Assembly (NCBI RefSeq): GCF_001194135.2
Contig: NC_068983.1
Coordinates: forward strand, 93,940,951-94,004,950
DNA from: Octopus bimaculoides
Lineage: Eukaryota
DNA: 64,000 nt
Direction: 5' to 3'
Within the stretch, counting starts at the first letter, position 1; the number at the start of each line of letters is the position of its first letter. Positions 37,711 through 51,117 of the stretch are shown piece after piece. Below the pieces are notes generated by a model. The model had not been told where the DNA came from. It worked only from the letters and a program-made list of their open reading frames with translations, and did not search any database. The translations under genes were made by a program, and so were the position numbers.

Positions 37711-40700
37711 CATCCCATTAATTTATTGTTCTTGTTCCAAGTCCACCATTGACCATCATAGCTCAGGGGTTCTAGGGTAGCTTGTTGACTGTCCCGCATT
37801 TCACAATGGAAATTTCTCTGGACTACCTCATACAGGTGAAATTATGGTTCCCAGATAATTGAACTGGATTACCAATATATTGTTAGTTATAGGACAATGA
37901 ATAGTCAATCATCTTCTGATGATGACATTTTTCATGTGTGTGTGTGTGTGTGTGTGTGTGAAGACATGTCACTGATAACATTTTTTATAAGTAGCTCTAA
38001 GTTGCTTCCTATATGTCTAGAATGGACATAACTAGCCACTCTTAAAGTTAAGCTGTTCTAAGATTCATTCTACAGAGCAAAACATAACAGAGTTTGTGTA
38101 CATAGTTAGGCTGAATGTATGTTTACAGAAGGAATAGAAATCAAATTATGTCATTGGAATTGTATATAATGTACAGATATTACACAAACATTCTGTTTCT
38201 ATTATTTAAGAATCATACTAATGTCTCACACAATAGTCTTCATTTTCTGTTACAGACTATACATTTGAAATATCACAGTGAAGCTTGATTAGGTAGTAGC
38301 CATCATTGCTGTTGCTGTTTAGTTTCTGGTTGGCACTCACCAAACTGAATTATGATCAAATGGGTTCCAATCGGAGCCCTCCAGTCTTTTTTACTAGAAA
38401 TAGAGCAAGAGGATCACATAATAATTTGACTCCTTCCTTTTCTAAGTGAGATGTAATTTGAGAGAAATTCTGACTAATTCTATGTGGTCAGATGACCACA
38501 TAAGGGTTTCTTTGTTGGCTTATGATCAAGGGGTATAACCATATGGTAAAATATATTAAATTTGGAGTGAAAATACGGTATAGAAATGAAGTTACAGAAT
38601 GATTTGTTATGAAGGTGTTAAATATTCCATTCAATACAAGGTAAAATTGCAATGGCAAGAATAAGGTTTGGGGTTATACCAGGGTGAGGAACTACAGATG
38701 CTATCAGTTCTGGTGGGATTATTGTAAAAGAAGTACTTAAGAAAGAACAAAAACTTATATTGGCATATATTGGCCATTAGCAGGTCTCCCTGCCCACCCT
38801 CAATCCTAACTTCATCATGTTCTGTAATCTAGTGAGCAATAAGGAATGAATAAATTTTCAAATATGTTCTTCCCATGAATGCAGAAGCTAAAATTAGGCT
38901 AATTTTAACAGCGGACTCCAATGAGTTCTTGCTATTATGTGTGGGATAAGAGAGAATGTGTAATATTCTCTTTGTCAGTGTTTCAGATAATAAAATCCTC
39001 ATTGAGAACTTGTGATGTTATATGATTATGTTACATTAAATATGAAGAATCTTAAACATAAAAATAATACCAGTGACGTGTTTAATGATAATAAAATTAT
39101 CAATGAGGAAGATTAAAATCACCAAATGAAAGATTAAAGCATTGTATATTTCTGTCAGGGAACTCATTCCAAAAAGTTCTTGAGTTAATGTACAATCAAT
39201 TGTTTAATTAAATTAAAAAGCATTCTAAAAGTTGCTAAAAAGCATTCTTCATTTCTAAAAGTTGTGAAAATGGATACAGAAATAAAAGATCATGGAAGAA
39301 CATTATTAGTTTTTCTTTATCATCATCTTCTCCTCTTTTCTCTTCCATCTTCTGTGGTTCACACAAACATCTAGGAAAATCAATAAACTATTTTGCCAAT
39401 AATATTTGGTCAGTTCCACTTTACATGTTTGGTTGATAGGAATACTGCAGCTTAGAAGCAATTAACACCAAAATAGAAATGCAAAATTATCTGAAAGAAT
39501 AAATTAGGAAAAGAATTCTACTTTCTGAGAATAAGTGAAATATTTCCCACATTATAGGTAGCTGGAATTTCAACATGAGTCTTTAAGATTTCAATTAACT
39601 TACCATTTTTTTTTTTTTTATATATATATTTTCTACTGGTCTGCATTCACATCATCAACATTAACCATATCTTTCTGATTATTCCCATCATGCCATCTAA
39701 GTGATGTTTTCTACTTCTCATTGTCTTTAATAAAATATTGTTTATTTTTGAAATATCAATGAGCCAGATAGAAATCTCTATCAATATTTCTTACCCTCTC
39801 TATCTATCAATCTATTAATCTAGCCACCTATTTTTCTGTCTGTCTGCCTATGTCTGTCTTTCATCCTTTTTATAGATGCATGCATCAATCTATTAGGAAT
39901 CAGGTGATTCTGGGACTAAGACTTTAAATATTTTTCCTAATACCAGTTTAAATGAGTTTGAACTTATCATCTACAAGTCATATAACAATTCTACTAATTT
40001 CTAGTCCCTATATTTTAGAGACTATACTACTGAAATATCATTTCGTTGCCTACATATTTTATTTTCAAAAATTCCAGTATATTGTTTTAATCTCTCAGAC
40101 TCACTTCATCCTATATCCATTACTTGATGTTGCTTAATAACAAATGCTTTCTGTAGTTGGCTTTCGTCAATAGTAATCTCCCCATTGTAATGAAATGTTT
40201 GATTAGGAAAATTACTTTTGTTAATCTGTGTTCCTTTAATAATTGATGTTACATGATAGCTAGGTTCTCTTCATGAGTAACATTTAGCTGTAGCATCATT
40301 CACTAAACAAAGTATCTGGTTTATAGGTCTTATTGTTACTTCTTACTATAGTTTATTCAATGAATTAAATAGGGACAGACATCAACATCCTAAAAGAATC
40401 CACACAATCCCTTATTAATCATCATCCACTTCTTTGGAATTCAATTATTGGATACGCATGTTTGTACATTTTCCATTATTCCAGATCTCAGCAGATTCCA
40501 AGACATTCTAATCTTCATGTTTCACAAAGCATTTGAATTTATCATAGATTGTGATAACTAAGAGAATACAATAAATTGCTTAAAGTATTTATGTTAAATC
40601 AGTGAATGAGTTTTTGTGAGACATCAGTTCATAATATGCCAGCAGTGACCAACAGAATCTCTGGATCAATTTACTTCAAGTTTTACAGTGCTTGACTGAA

Positions 40701-40839
40701 GGATATATCCTCAAAGCAGCAACATTAATACAAAATGTTCAATAAAGGATGTTTTTATTTTTAGAATAATGTTGGCAGTACAAGGTTCAGATGAATTGAA
40801 AATAAAACATTGGCCCTGGAAGTGATAAGCATGAAATGA

Positions 40840-41370
40840 CTAGTGTGACAATAACAAGAGTGACACAAGCAAGTGGAAGAGTAAAAAGTTTGATATTAAT
40901 AATTTTGTCAATGAGAACTATGGCAGTAATATAGATAATGAGAATAAGTGTCACTGTAAATAGTTATACATTGACAAACATGACAGGCATGTTAACAATC
41001 ACAGTAAGTGTGATTGTGGTATATGTATGTAACATATGTCATTGAACAGTATAACAGTGTCATATGTCAATGAACAATGTGACTTTGATATATATCAATA
41101 AACAGTATGACAGTGACATGTCAGTGGACAGTATGACTAACATATATCATTAAACAGTATGACAGTGACATATATCACTGAACAGTTTGCAACAAATATC
41201 AGTGGACAGGATAACTGAGACATATGTCAATGAATAGTATGATTGTGGCATGTGTCAATGAGCAGTATGACTGGGACAAGTGATCTAATAATGTCATAAT
41301 AACAAGTGTGAGTATAATATGTCACATTGACAGCATAATGACAGTGCTAACTGTGATATGTATCAATGAA
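40840..41370. repeat. Degenerate ~30-33 bp minisatellite (ATATGTCAATGAACAGTATGACAGTGAC-like)
   Basis: Repeated GTCAATGAACAGTATGACAGTG variants. Confidence 0.8.
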
Positions 41371-41435
41371 TAGATTGATTATTTGGGATTCTTTTTGTGG
41401 GGTAAGGAGAGTCACTTGCAACAAGTGTAGTATAA

Positions 41436-41840
41436 CTCCTGTAGCTATGTGGTAAGAAGCTTGCTTCCCAACCATATAGTTCCAAGTTCAGTCCCACTGT
41501 GAAGCACCTTTACCAAGTGTCTTCTATTATAGCCTCAGGCTGACCAAAGCCTTCTGAGTGGATTTGGTAGACAGAAACTGAAAGAAACTTGTTGTTTATA
41601 TACATGTATATATCTATGTGTGTGTCTTTGTGTCTGTGTTTGTCCCCCACCAGCACTTGATAACCTGTGTTGGTGTGTTTGCAACCCCTTGACTTAGCAT
41701 TTCAGCAAAAGAGTTCAATAGAATAAGTACTAGGCTTAAAGAAAAAGTACCAGGGTTGATTCATTTAACTAAAAAAATGTTCAAGACGGTACCCCAGCAT
41801 GGCTGCAGTCTAATGACAGAAATAAGTAAATGATAAAAGA
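41436..41840 (+). mobile_element. SINE family A, full length
   Basis: Head GTAGCTATGTGGTAAGAAGCTTGCTTCCCAACC..., body, and tail GACAGAAATAAGTAAATG. Confidence 0.88.
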
Positions 41841-41914
41841 AAAAGACATACATACATACACACATGCACATGCACACACTCACACACACACACATATATG
41901 TTTGTACGTATGTA

Positions 41915-42630
41915 TGAGGGAGAGTCAAAAATTATATGCACTCTTTTTTTTTCTCAATGTATTTACACAAAAGCAGGGGGTAATCAAGTACATCATTTTT
42001 CTATCTAGTCTTCTTTCTTTTCAATGCACTTGGTCCAGCTGTCCACAAGCTTGCTTATTCCCTCCAAGAAGAAGGTTTTTGGTTGGTCATGCAACCATTT
42101 ATGCACTGCTTCCTTCACGTCTTCATCCATAGGAAATCAATGACCTCATAAACCATCTTTGAGTGGTCCAAAGATATGATAGTCAGAAGGGGTGAGATCT
42201 GGGCTGTAGGCAGGGTGTTCCAGCACCTCAAAACCCAATTGGTTAATGGTTTCAATGGCCTAAGCAGCTGTGTGTGAGTGTGCATTGTCATGCAACAACA
42301 AAACTTTCTTCGACAATAGGCTTTTGTGCTTACTGCGAAGTGCTGGCTTCAGTTTGTTGGCCAGTAAAGCACTGTATCTTGCATCATTGATCACACACCC
42401 CTTTTCCAGAGAAATCAGATCACTGCTCTTTGTTCTTCTTTGGTGCACATGGCAAGTGGAATGGCCATGCTTACACTGTAAAGCCAGAAAGAAAAATGGC
42501 ACAATCAAGCTCAAACTTCAATCATGTGACCACAGTAGTACTAACTATAAGCACGCATGTGCAGAAGGCAGTGTGGCAATAATAAAGTTATATTATGGCA
42601 AAAGTGTGGATAGTTGTTGACTTCTACTCG
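41915..42630 (-). mobile_element. Internally deleted mariner (irritans/Hsmar2-like)
   Basis: TA-flanked TIRs TGAGGGAGAGTCAAAAATTAT / ATAGTTGTTGACTTCTACTCG. MAIPLAMCTKEEQRAVI*FL is fused to VLLLHDNAHSHTAA...LEHPAYSPDLTPSDYHIFGPLK. Confidence 0.9.
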
Positions 42631-42639
42631 TATATACAC

Positions 42640-42861
42640 ATATGGAATGGTTGTGCAATTAAGAAGTTTGCTTTCCAGCCTCATGTTTTACAGTTCCATT
42701 CTACTGCACAGCACCTTTGTTAAGTGTCTTTTACTATAGCCCCAAGGCAGCCAAAGCCTTGTGAGTGAATTTGGTAGAAAGAAACTGAAAGAAGCCCATT
42801 ATATGTATGTATGTTTGTATGAATGTATTTATGATTGTGTGTATGTGAGTGTGTGTATGTA

Positions 42862-42928
<67 letters not shown>

Positions 42929-43160
42929 GTTTGCATATATTTGTGTCTCCTTGTCTTGACACCGCTTGATTACTGTAATTGAACATCATTGTCATATAAG
43001 CAGTGTTATCCATTTCCATTTTTCTGCAAAAACATGTTTGGCTATGGAGAAATATTACCTTACTTGGAAACTGGTATGGGTTGGTGACAAGTTAGACATA
43101 CTGCCTTGATAAATTCCACCTATACAAGCATAGTAAAGTAGATGTTAAAGATTATGATGA
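42640..43160 (+). mobile_element. SINE with family A head, (TG)n centre and family C body
   Basis: Head matches 41436; after the microsatellite the body TTGTGTCTCCTTGTCTTGAC...TTACCTTACTTGGAAAC is the reverse complement of 24730-24870. Confidence 0.75.
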
Positions 43161-43174
43161 TGACATGTGTGTGC

Positions 43175-43225
<51 letters not shown>

Positions 43226-43334
43226 TTGTGTACCAAAATGCTAATTTCGCACACCAGCGGTTTGCCTATACTCAAGAAAATGTTGAATGGAAATTGTGAT
43301 GCTCATGTGACAGAATGTTGGCCTCAAACTTTGG

Positions 43335-43515
43335 CACAAGGCCAGCAATTTTTCGGGAGAGAGGAGTTAATTATATCGACCCCAGTGCTCGACTGGTACT
43401 TTATTTATTGACCGCAAAAGGATGAAAGATAAAGTTGACCTCGGCAGTATTTGAGCTGAGAATGTAAAGTTGGAAGGAATGCCTCTAGGCATTTTGTTGA
43501 GCACAATCATGACTC
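43335..43515 (-). mobile_element. SINE family B
   Basis: GACCCCAGTGCTCGACTGGTACTT...GGATGAAAGATAAAGTTGACCTCGG. Confidence 0.8.
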
Positions 43516-43548
43516 TTATAACACTTTGCTTTAATGTCATAGAATATT

Positions 43549-43762
43549 CCTTTCTACTCTAGGCACAAAACCCGAAATTTTGTGGGGAGGGGGACAGTCA
43601 ATTAGATTGATTCTAGTATGCAACTGGTACTTAATTTATCGACCCCCGAAAGGATGAAAGGCAAAGTTGACCTCAGCAAAATTTGAACTCAGAATGTAAA
43701 GACAGATGAAATACCACTAAGCATTTCCCCTGGTATGCTAATGTTTCTGCCACCTCACCACC
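43549..43762 (-). mobile_element. SINE family B with 18-bp target-site duplication
   Basis: Full-length copy flanked by TTAATGTCATAGAATATT at 43531-43548 and 43763-43780. Confidence 0.9.
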
Positions 43763-43789
43763 TTAATGTCATAGAATATTAAAAGCAGA

Positions 43790-44380
43790 TTCAAGAAGTA
43801 AGTGACAATGTTGGCACCAGTTAATTGTTATATTAAAGTAGGTGATATGCTGGTATCAATATTAGTCCATCAACACAATTATCTTGATATCTTAATGGAT
43901 TAGTGCAAAGAGATGCTAAGGTGTGATATGTTGACACCAGTACCTTGATAGACTGTTGTAGAGAGGTGATAATATTGAATATATTGACATTGGTATCTTG
44001 ATAAACTGAAGACCATTGTGCATATATGTATGTGTGTGTATTTGTGAAAGAGTGTGCATATGTTTGTACATTCTTGTCTTGACATTGCTTGATAATATTG
44101 AATATATTGGCACAAGTATCTTGACAGACTAAAGAGAGTAGTGACAAAGTGGGCTATGCTGGCACCAGTATCTTGATGCACTGATGTAGGAATATGATAA
44201 TGTTAAATACATTGACGCTGATATCTTGATAGACTGAAGGGTTTAGTGATAATGTGAGATATGTTGGCACCAGTATGTTAATGGACTGATGTGAGGAGGT
44301 AATGATGTTGACTATACTGGCACTGATATCTTGATAAGCTAAAGGGGACAGTTATAATGTTGGATATGTTGGTACCAGAG
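43790..44380. repeat. Degenerate ~53-bp minisatellite (GGCACCAGTATCTTGATAGACTGA...GATAATGTTGGATATGTT)
   Basis: Clear units at 44161-44380, more diverged units to the left. Confidence 0.8.
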
Positions 44381-44452
44381 TGCACAGAATGAATAAATTT
44401 TTTAATTGTATTTTTATACTATTGACTATTACAGTCTATGGAGTGTTTTTGC

Positions 44453-44492
<40 letters not shown>

Positions 44493-44495
44493 GGT

Positions 44496-44837
44496 AAAGG
44501 TGTAAGGCTCAGTGGCTAGAGCATCAGGCTCCCACTCATGAAGTAGTGAGTTCAATTCCCAGACCAGGATGTGTGTTGTGTTCTTGAGCAAGACACTTTA
44601 TTTCACATTGCTCCAGTTTACTGAGCTGTTGAAATGAGTTGTGACATCACTGGTGCCAAGCTGTATTGACCTTTGCTTTTTCTCCTTGGATAACATCAGT
44701 AGCATGGAGAGGGGAAGCTGGTATGCATGTGTAATGGCTGGTCTTCCATAAACAACCTTGCCCGAACTTGTACCTCAGGAGATAACTTTCTAGGTGCAAT
44801 CCCATGGTCATTCATGACCAAAAGGGGTCTTTACTCT
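44496..44837 (+). mobile_element. tRNA-derived SINE family F variant
   Basis: GGCTCAGTGGCTAGAGCATCAGGCTC...GAGTTCAATTCCC...GTTCTTGAGCAAGACACTTTATTTCAC. Confidence 0.85.
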
Positions 44838-45716
44838 ATATATATGTAATGATTAAATCATATATTATGCACTTTGTTGTTTTGTTAAGCACATGATCCC
44901 TCAGACCATGGAAAATCGTTTACATGAAACCAGTCTGTGGTAGCAAAAAAAGCTGGGGACCAGTGATTTATGTAATTTCCTTACTTAGGAGGGTAAGAAT
45001 GATTTGAGAGAGACTTAATTACTACTTCTAGTAGGTCAAGCAGCTTCATAGGCTCACTTTGTGGAGAAGTTGTACAATAGCCAGTGAAACTTTATCTTGT
45101 GGTATAGTTATTGATGGTTGAAAAGAAATATTACCTTGTTATATTGAAGTGGGTAAGATGATATTGAGTATAGAGCCAACATTATATTGATGCATTAAAG
45201 GAGAGATGATGATGTTGCAATATTTTGGTAATTATATAAACTGGTAGAAGCACTGACCTCCAAATGGTTTTCTGCTAGTTTGTTATAATAAGGATATATA
45301 TCTATATCTTTTAGATCTGTTTATGGGCAACATTCTGAATATGCAAATTAAGCTCCTATTCCATTAGGCCAGCTACAGTCTAATGATGCTGACTGATGAA
45401 CCAGTTTTTTGAGGTTGCACCAAGCTGTACCGATATAATGTAGGATAAATATAGTAATAATAACAATAATCCTTGGATGGAATTTATGAATGTTTCAAAT
45501 GTTTTAATGCATCGCTATGTGCATTTCCACAAATCACATATCTCTTAAGATCACAGTCCATATTCCTGGGATGGCTACTGTGTAGATCATCTTCATGGAT
45601 TCATTTCTTCAGGCAATATAGCATTAATGGATGTTTAACTGAGGGTTGTTTATCATTTTTGACCAGTGAGAAGATTGATTGAGGTATGTCCCATCCAAGG
45701 ATTATTGTTATTATTA

Positions 45717-45787
<71 letters not shown>

Positions 45788-45794
45788 CATATAG

Positions 45795-45853
<59 letters not shown>

Positions 45854-45859
45854 TGGTAT

Positions 45860-46020
45860 AAGCATGGCTATGTGGTTAAGAAGTTTGCTTCTCAAGCATG
45901 TGGTTTCAGGTTCAGTCCCATTGCAATGGCAACTATTTTCTACTTTAACTGTGGGCTGACCAAACCCTTGTGAGTGGATGGATTTGCTAGATTTAAACTA
46001 AAAGAAACACATCATATGTA
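45860..46020 (+). mobile_element. SINE family A head (body lost in the gap)
   Basis: GGCTATGTGGTTAAGAAGTTTGCTTCTC...GGTTCAGTCCCATTG...GTGAGTGGATGGATTTG. Confidence 0.75.
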
Positions 46021-46498
46021 CANNNNNNNNNNNNNNNNNNNNNNNNNNNNNNNNNNNNNNNNNNNNNNNNNNNNNNNNNNNNNNNNNNNNNNNNNNNNNN
46101 NNNNNNNNNNNNNNNNNNNNNNNNNNNNNNNNNNNNNNNNNNNNNNNNNNNNNNNNNNNNNNNNNNNNNNNNNNNNNNNNNNNNNNNNNNNNNNNNNNNN
46201 NNNNNNNNNNNNNNNNNNNNNNNNNNNNNNNNNNNNNNNNNNNNNNNNNNNNNNNNNNNNNNNNNNNNNNNNNNNNNNNNNNNNNNNNNNNNNNNNNNNN
46301 NNNNNNNNNNNNNNNNNNNNNNNNNNNNNNNNNNNNNNNNNNNNNNNNNNNNNNNNNNNNNNNNNNNNNNNNNNNNNNNNNNNNNNNNNNNNNNNNNNNN
46401 NNNNNNNNNNNNNNNNNNNNNNNNNNNNNNNNNNNNNNNNNNNNNNNNNNNNNNNNNNNNNNNNNNNNNNNNNNNNNNNNNNNNNNNNNNNNNNNNNN

Positions 46499-46550
<52 letters not shown>

Positions 46551-46554
<4 letters not shown>

Positions 46555-47782
46555 GAGGTCATTAAGAATGAAATGTCCGATTTTGGACTGAAAGTTTATT
46601 TTACTTTATCTCAACACAATTTTGCCACTTTATCGGTAGCTTCTTTAGGCTGGCAGTGAAGAATTCTGGAGAGAAAGAGGTGATGAAATCATGAAAGGCT
46701 GTTTTTGTATCTTCTCCAGATTTGAACCTTTTTCCTTGCAAAAGTTATCTAATGCCTGGAAAATGTGATAGTTAGATGGTGCAAGATCTGGTGAATAGGG
46801 TGGATGACAGAGTATTTCCAAGTGCAGTTCCTGTAACCCAAGTAGCATTCTTTGTGCAACATGTGGTCAAACATTGTCTTGCAAGAGAATTGCCCTGTAT
46901 CTGTTGACCAATCTCAGTTGTTTAATTGCATGTTCACTCAAGATTTCGTCTAATTGGTTGATGTATATATCCACTGTAATTGACTTACCAAGTCTCATGA
47001 AGCTGTAGTGGATGACACCAATGCTGGACCACCAAACAAACACCATTAGCTTTTTTTGGTAAATATTCTTTTTTGGGTTGTTTTGACACTTTGTCTCTAT
47101 CCAACCACCATGCAGAACACTTGCTATTGTTGAAAAGAATCTATTTTTCATCACACATAACAATACAATGCAAAAACAGTTCACTTTTATGCATGACAGC
47201 AAAGAACAGCAAGTTTCAAGATGACGTGTCATTTGACCCTCATTCAGTTCATGTGGTACCCACTTGTCCAGCTTCTTTATCTTGCCAATTTGTTTCAGAT
47301 GGTCCAATACAGTTGGAATCAAAACATCAGACCTTGCTGCTAACTTATGCACAGTTTGAGATGTATCCACTTCCACTAAAGTCTCCAGCTCATCACCTAA
47401 CTTGGTCTCAGGTCTACTACTGGACTGATTTTCAAGAGTAAAGTCACCAGATCAGAACTTCTCAAACCATCAACATACAGTGCACTTATTTGCCACATCT
47501 TCACCAAACACCTCATTGATGTTTCAAGCTGTCTGGGATGCATTGGTTCCATGATGGAACTCATATTCATAAACAACACAAATTTTTTATCTATCCATGG
47601 GTCCACAAAAATTTACAAGAGAAAACTCACAATATAACCAGACACCATAATTGCATTTCGAAAGGTGATTATGTAACTCTTCAATGTTGTAAAACAAAGA
47701 ACTGTCAAGATAAAACATTAAAATTAATGACTGTCAAAATTGGTGCATAAGAAAATCGGACATTTCATTCTTAATGACCTGA
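46551..47782 (-). mobile_element. Near full-length mariner (Hsmar1/cecropia-like), frameshifted transposase
   Basis: TIRs TCAGG(AGG)TCATTAAGAATGAAATGTCCGATTTT / AAAATCGGACATTTCATTCTTAATGACCTGA, in (TA)n flanks. KKLDKWVPHEL, KKLMVFVWWS, ILLQDNV and HPPYSPDLAPSNY (third catalytic D changed to N). Confidence 0.95.
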
Positions 47783-48225
47783 TATATATATATATATATA
47801 TATTACAGGAGGTGACCAGTGACAAGAAGCTATGTCTTGTCACTTAGAATAAAGCACTCAAAGTTAGGTCTGAATAAAATAACATATTTAATCCATAATC
47901 ATTAGTTCAACAAAATATATTTTGTTTTGCCTAAAGCTGGGAACTCCTGGGGTGCCAGAGGTGAAACCATATTATATTTTATCAGACTAATGATTATGGA
48001 TTAAATATTTTATTTTATTTTATACATACATACTAAGTTCAATTCGTTAGACTAAAACCCTTCAAGATGATGCTCCAGTATATCCATAGTCCAATGATGG
48101 AAACAAGTAAAAAGATAACATATATATATATATATATATATATACATACTTTTATTAAATGCACAGTCCGTAATAAACTTTAGAATATGTGAAGGGCACA
48201 TTCTGAGATAGGTGAATAATCTATA

Positions 48226-48546
48226 AATAAATAACAAATGAAGGACAGGTGTCAATCCATTATGGCTGTTTCTAACGACTCCTCTAATTGATTAATGAGT
48301 ACATTATATCAATTCCAGAAAAAATGTTTTCTTCAGATGGATACTTTACAATGAAGGACATTCCAAATAATTTAACGTAGTTTAAAACGATTATGTTAAA
48401 TTATTTGGAATGTCCTTCATTGTAAAGTAATCCATCTGAAGAAAACAGTTTCTTTGGAATTGATATAATGTACTCATTAATTAGTTAATGGAGTCATTAG
48501 AAATGGCCGTAATGAATTGACACCTGTCCTTCATTTGTTATTTATT
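48226..48546. repeat. ~320-bp imperfect palindrome (two ~158-bp arms, almost no spacer)
   Basis: AATAAATAACAAATGAAGGACAGGTGTCAAT...TTCCAAATAATTTAAC is mirrored by GTTAAATTATTTGGAA...ATTGACACCTGTCCTTCATTTGTTATTTATT; centre ~48383. Confidence 0.95.
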
Positions 48547-49665
48547 CATTTATATATTGAGTCATCCCACCATTTGTATATGAGAAACTGTATTGTTCAA
48601 TATAGCCGTTATTTAAGGGTATGCTCTGTGAGTGTTTTGGCTGCTATTTTCAACACTTCAAGTGGCTACATGTCTGATGCCTGTTCAACAAAACCTGACT
48701 TCAAGCAAACAATATTTTTCTTTTCTTAGCTTTCACTCTCCTTAATGCTCTTCTCTCTCTCTATTATCTTCTTCTTCTTCTTCTTATTATTATTATTATT
48801 ATTATTATTTATTGTTTCATATCTCTGCAAAACAGGTGAATCAGTTCATCACTTCAACAAAGTGGTCACCTTCAGAGACTGCTAGTTTTTGACTTAACTT
48901 AATTAGGAGCTATGAAAAAAGAATGTTTTTCTTTCTTATTTTTATTATTTTTTTCTGTTTGTTTTTGTTTTGTTTTGTTTTGTTTTTGTTTTTTGTTTTG
49001 TTATATACACACATCAATGCATAATCATCATTATATTAAAAATCTATACATTATTTACTTCCCTTTCAAAACTATTCAAAGAAATAACTCTTAACTGGGT
49101 GACTAACACTGCTGAACTTCCCACAGATGGTCTAGTTTTTATTCCCCACTAGCTAAATCTGTTTACTGACAAGAAATGCTTGAAGGCAGATTTGAACTAC
49201 TAGTCCATGATGAGACACACAAACACCTTCCTACTTGACCAGTTCATCATTATTTTTATAGCATACATAAATATGCATGAACACACAAACATACAAACAT
49301 AGATACACATGCAAATGTATATTACATGTACATAAATATGTATGCATGCATGTATGTTTTTTATGTATGTTTGCATTTGATAATTATATATATATATATG
49401 TTTGTGTGTGCTGCACTATTTGTATGGCAGCAAGTTTTCTACAGCTGGATGCCCTTCCTGCTGCCAACCTCTACCTGTGTTCCAAGTGAGGTAGTTTCCA
49501 AATATATATACATACACTTTTAACCCAATAAATTTTTCTATTGTGATTTTTTTGTTCGAAAATTGATAGTTTATATTTTTAGTAAACTGAAAAATATTTT
49601 AAGTATTCTTTCATAAAATTAAAAGTTGTATTACATGCACACACACATTTATGCTTGCGTTTATA

Positions 49666-49718
<53 letters not shown>

Positions 49719-51117
49719 CTGTGTGTATACACATATATATATATTGATGTTTGTATTCATGTGTGTGCATATATATATATGTATATGTATAAATATGTTT
49801 ATATTTATATATGTATAAATATGAATATGTATATATATATATGTATNNNNNNNNNNNNNNNNNNNNNNNNNNNNNNNNNNNNNNNNNNNNNNNNNNNNNN
49901 NNNNNNNNNNNNNNNNNNNNNNNNNNNNNNNNNNNNNNNNNNNNNNNNNNNNNNNNNNNNNNNNNNNNNNNNNNNNNNNNNNNNNNNNNNNNNNNNNNNN
50001 NNNNNNNNNNNNNNNNNNNNNNNNNNNNNNNNNNNNNNNNNNNNNNNNNNNNNNNNNNNNNNNNNNNNNNNNNNNNNNNNNNNNNNNNNNNNNNNNNNNN
50101 NNNNNNNNNNNNNNNNNNNNNNNNNNNNNNNNNNNNNNNNNNNNNNNNNNTATAGATGTGTTGAAATATATGTATGCTTTACACATACTCACACACACAT
50201 ATATAAATGTGTCAAAATATATGTATGTTATATATGTGTGTGTGTATTATATAAATATATATTTATATGAATGTATACATATCATATAAATATATATTTA
50301 TATGTTTGTAAATATGTGATATAAATATATATTTAGATATATGTATGTATACACACACATACACACACACATATATATATGTATGTATACAGACACACAC
50401 ACACACACACACACAAACATGTATATAAATTTTATCAGTTTCACTTTTATATAGAAATGATCTGAAATTGCATTTTGTAATTTTTTTTTTGTTTATTTAA
50501 AAATACAAAATTTCAATTTTTCAATACAAATGCAATAACCAAATAAAATAAAATGAAATAAAATAAAAGCACAACAGTTGTATTATCTTTTGTTTACTGG
50601 AATAGATGGAGCATGATTCTCAAATAGACTGAGACATAAGACTCAGCTTTAAGTAGGATATTTAAATCTCTCTTGGTACTATTTCTCACCATTGTAATGC
50701 TAAGTGATGCAAGAAAATTTCTCTTCATCACAAATACGTCCACCCTTTGTTCTTTCCCTCCACTGGGCCATTAATATCAATGGAATATATTGCCTAGAAA
50801 ACTACATGGAGATTTATTTCAAAATTTTACTTAAACATTAAGAAAGAAAATAAACACTTTGCAATGAACATTAAATTATTTATGCTTTTTAGATTTATAC
50901 AATTGAATAATAAAAATAATGAATCATTTTTATTATATGAATCTTTTTTCTCCCTCCTTATTACTACTCAAAACAAGTAATCAATTTTTGTTTGTTTCTC
51001 CTTAATACTAAATAACCAAGGCAAGTTTCTTTTTGTTAATACTACTTGTGTGCTTTTCCTATGCTTTTGCTTGCAACATTCATTGTCAATAACTGTTTAC
51101 TTGCACCCTAACTACAG

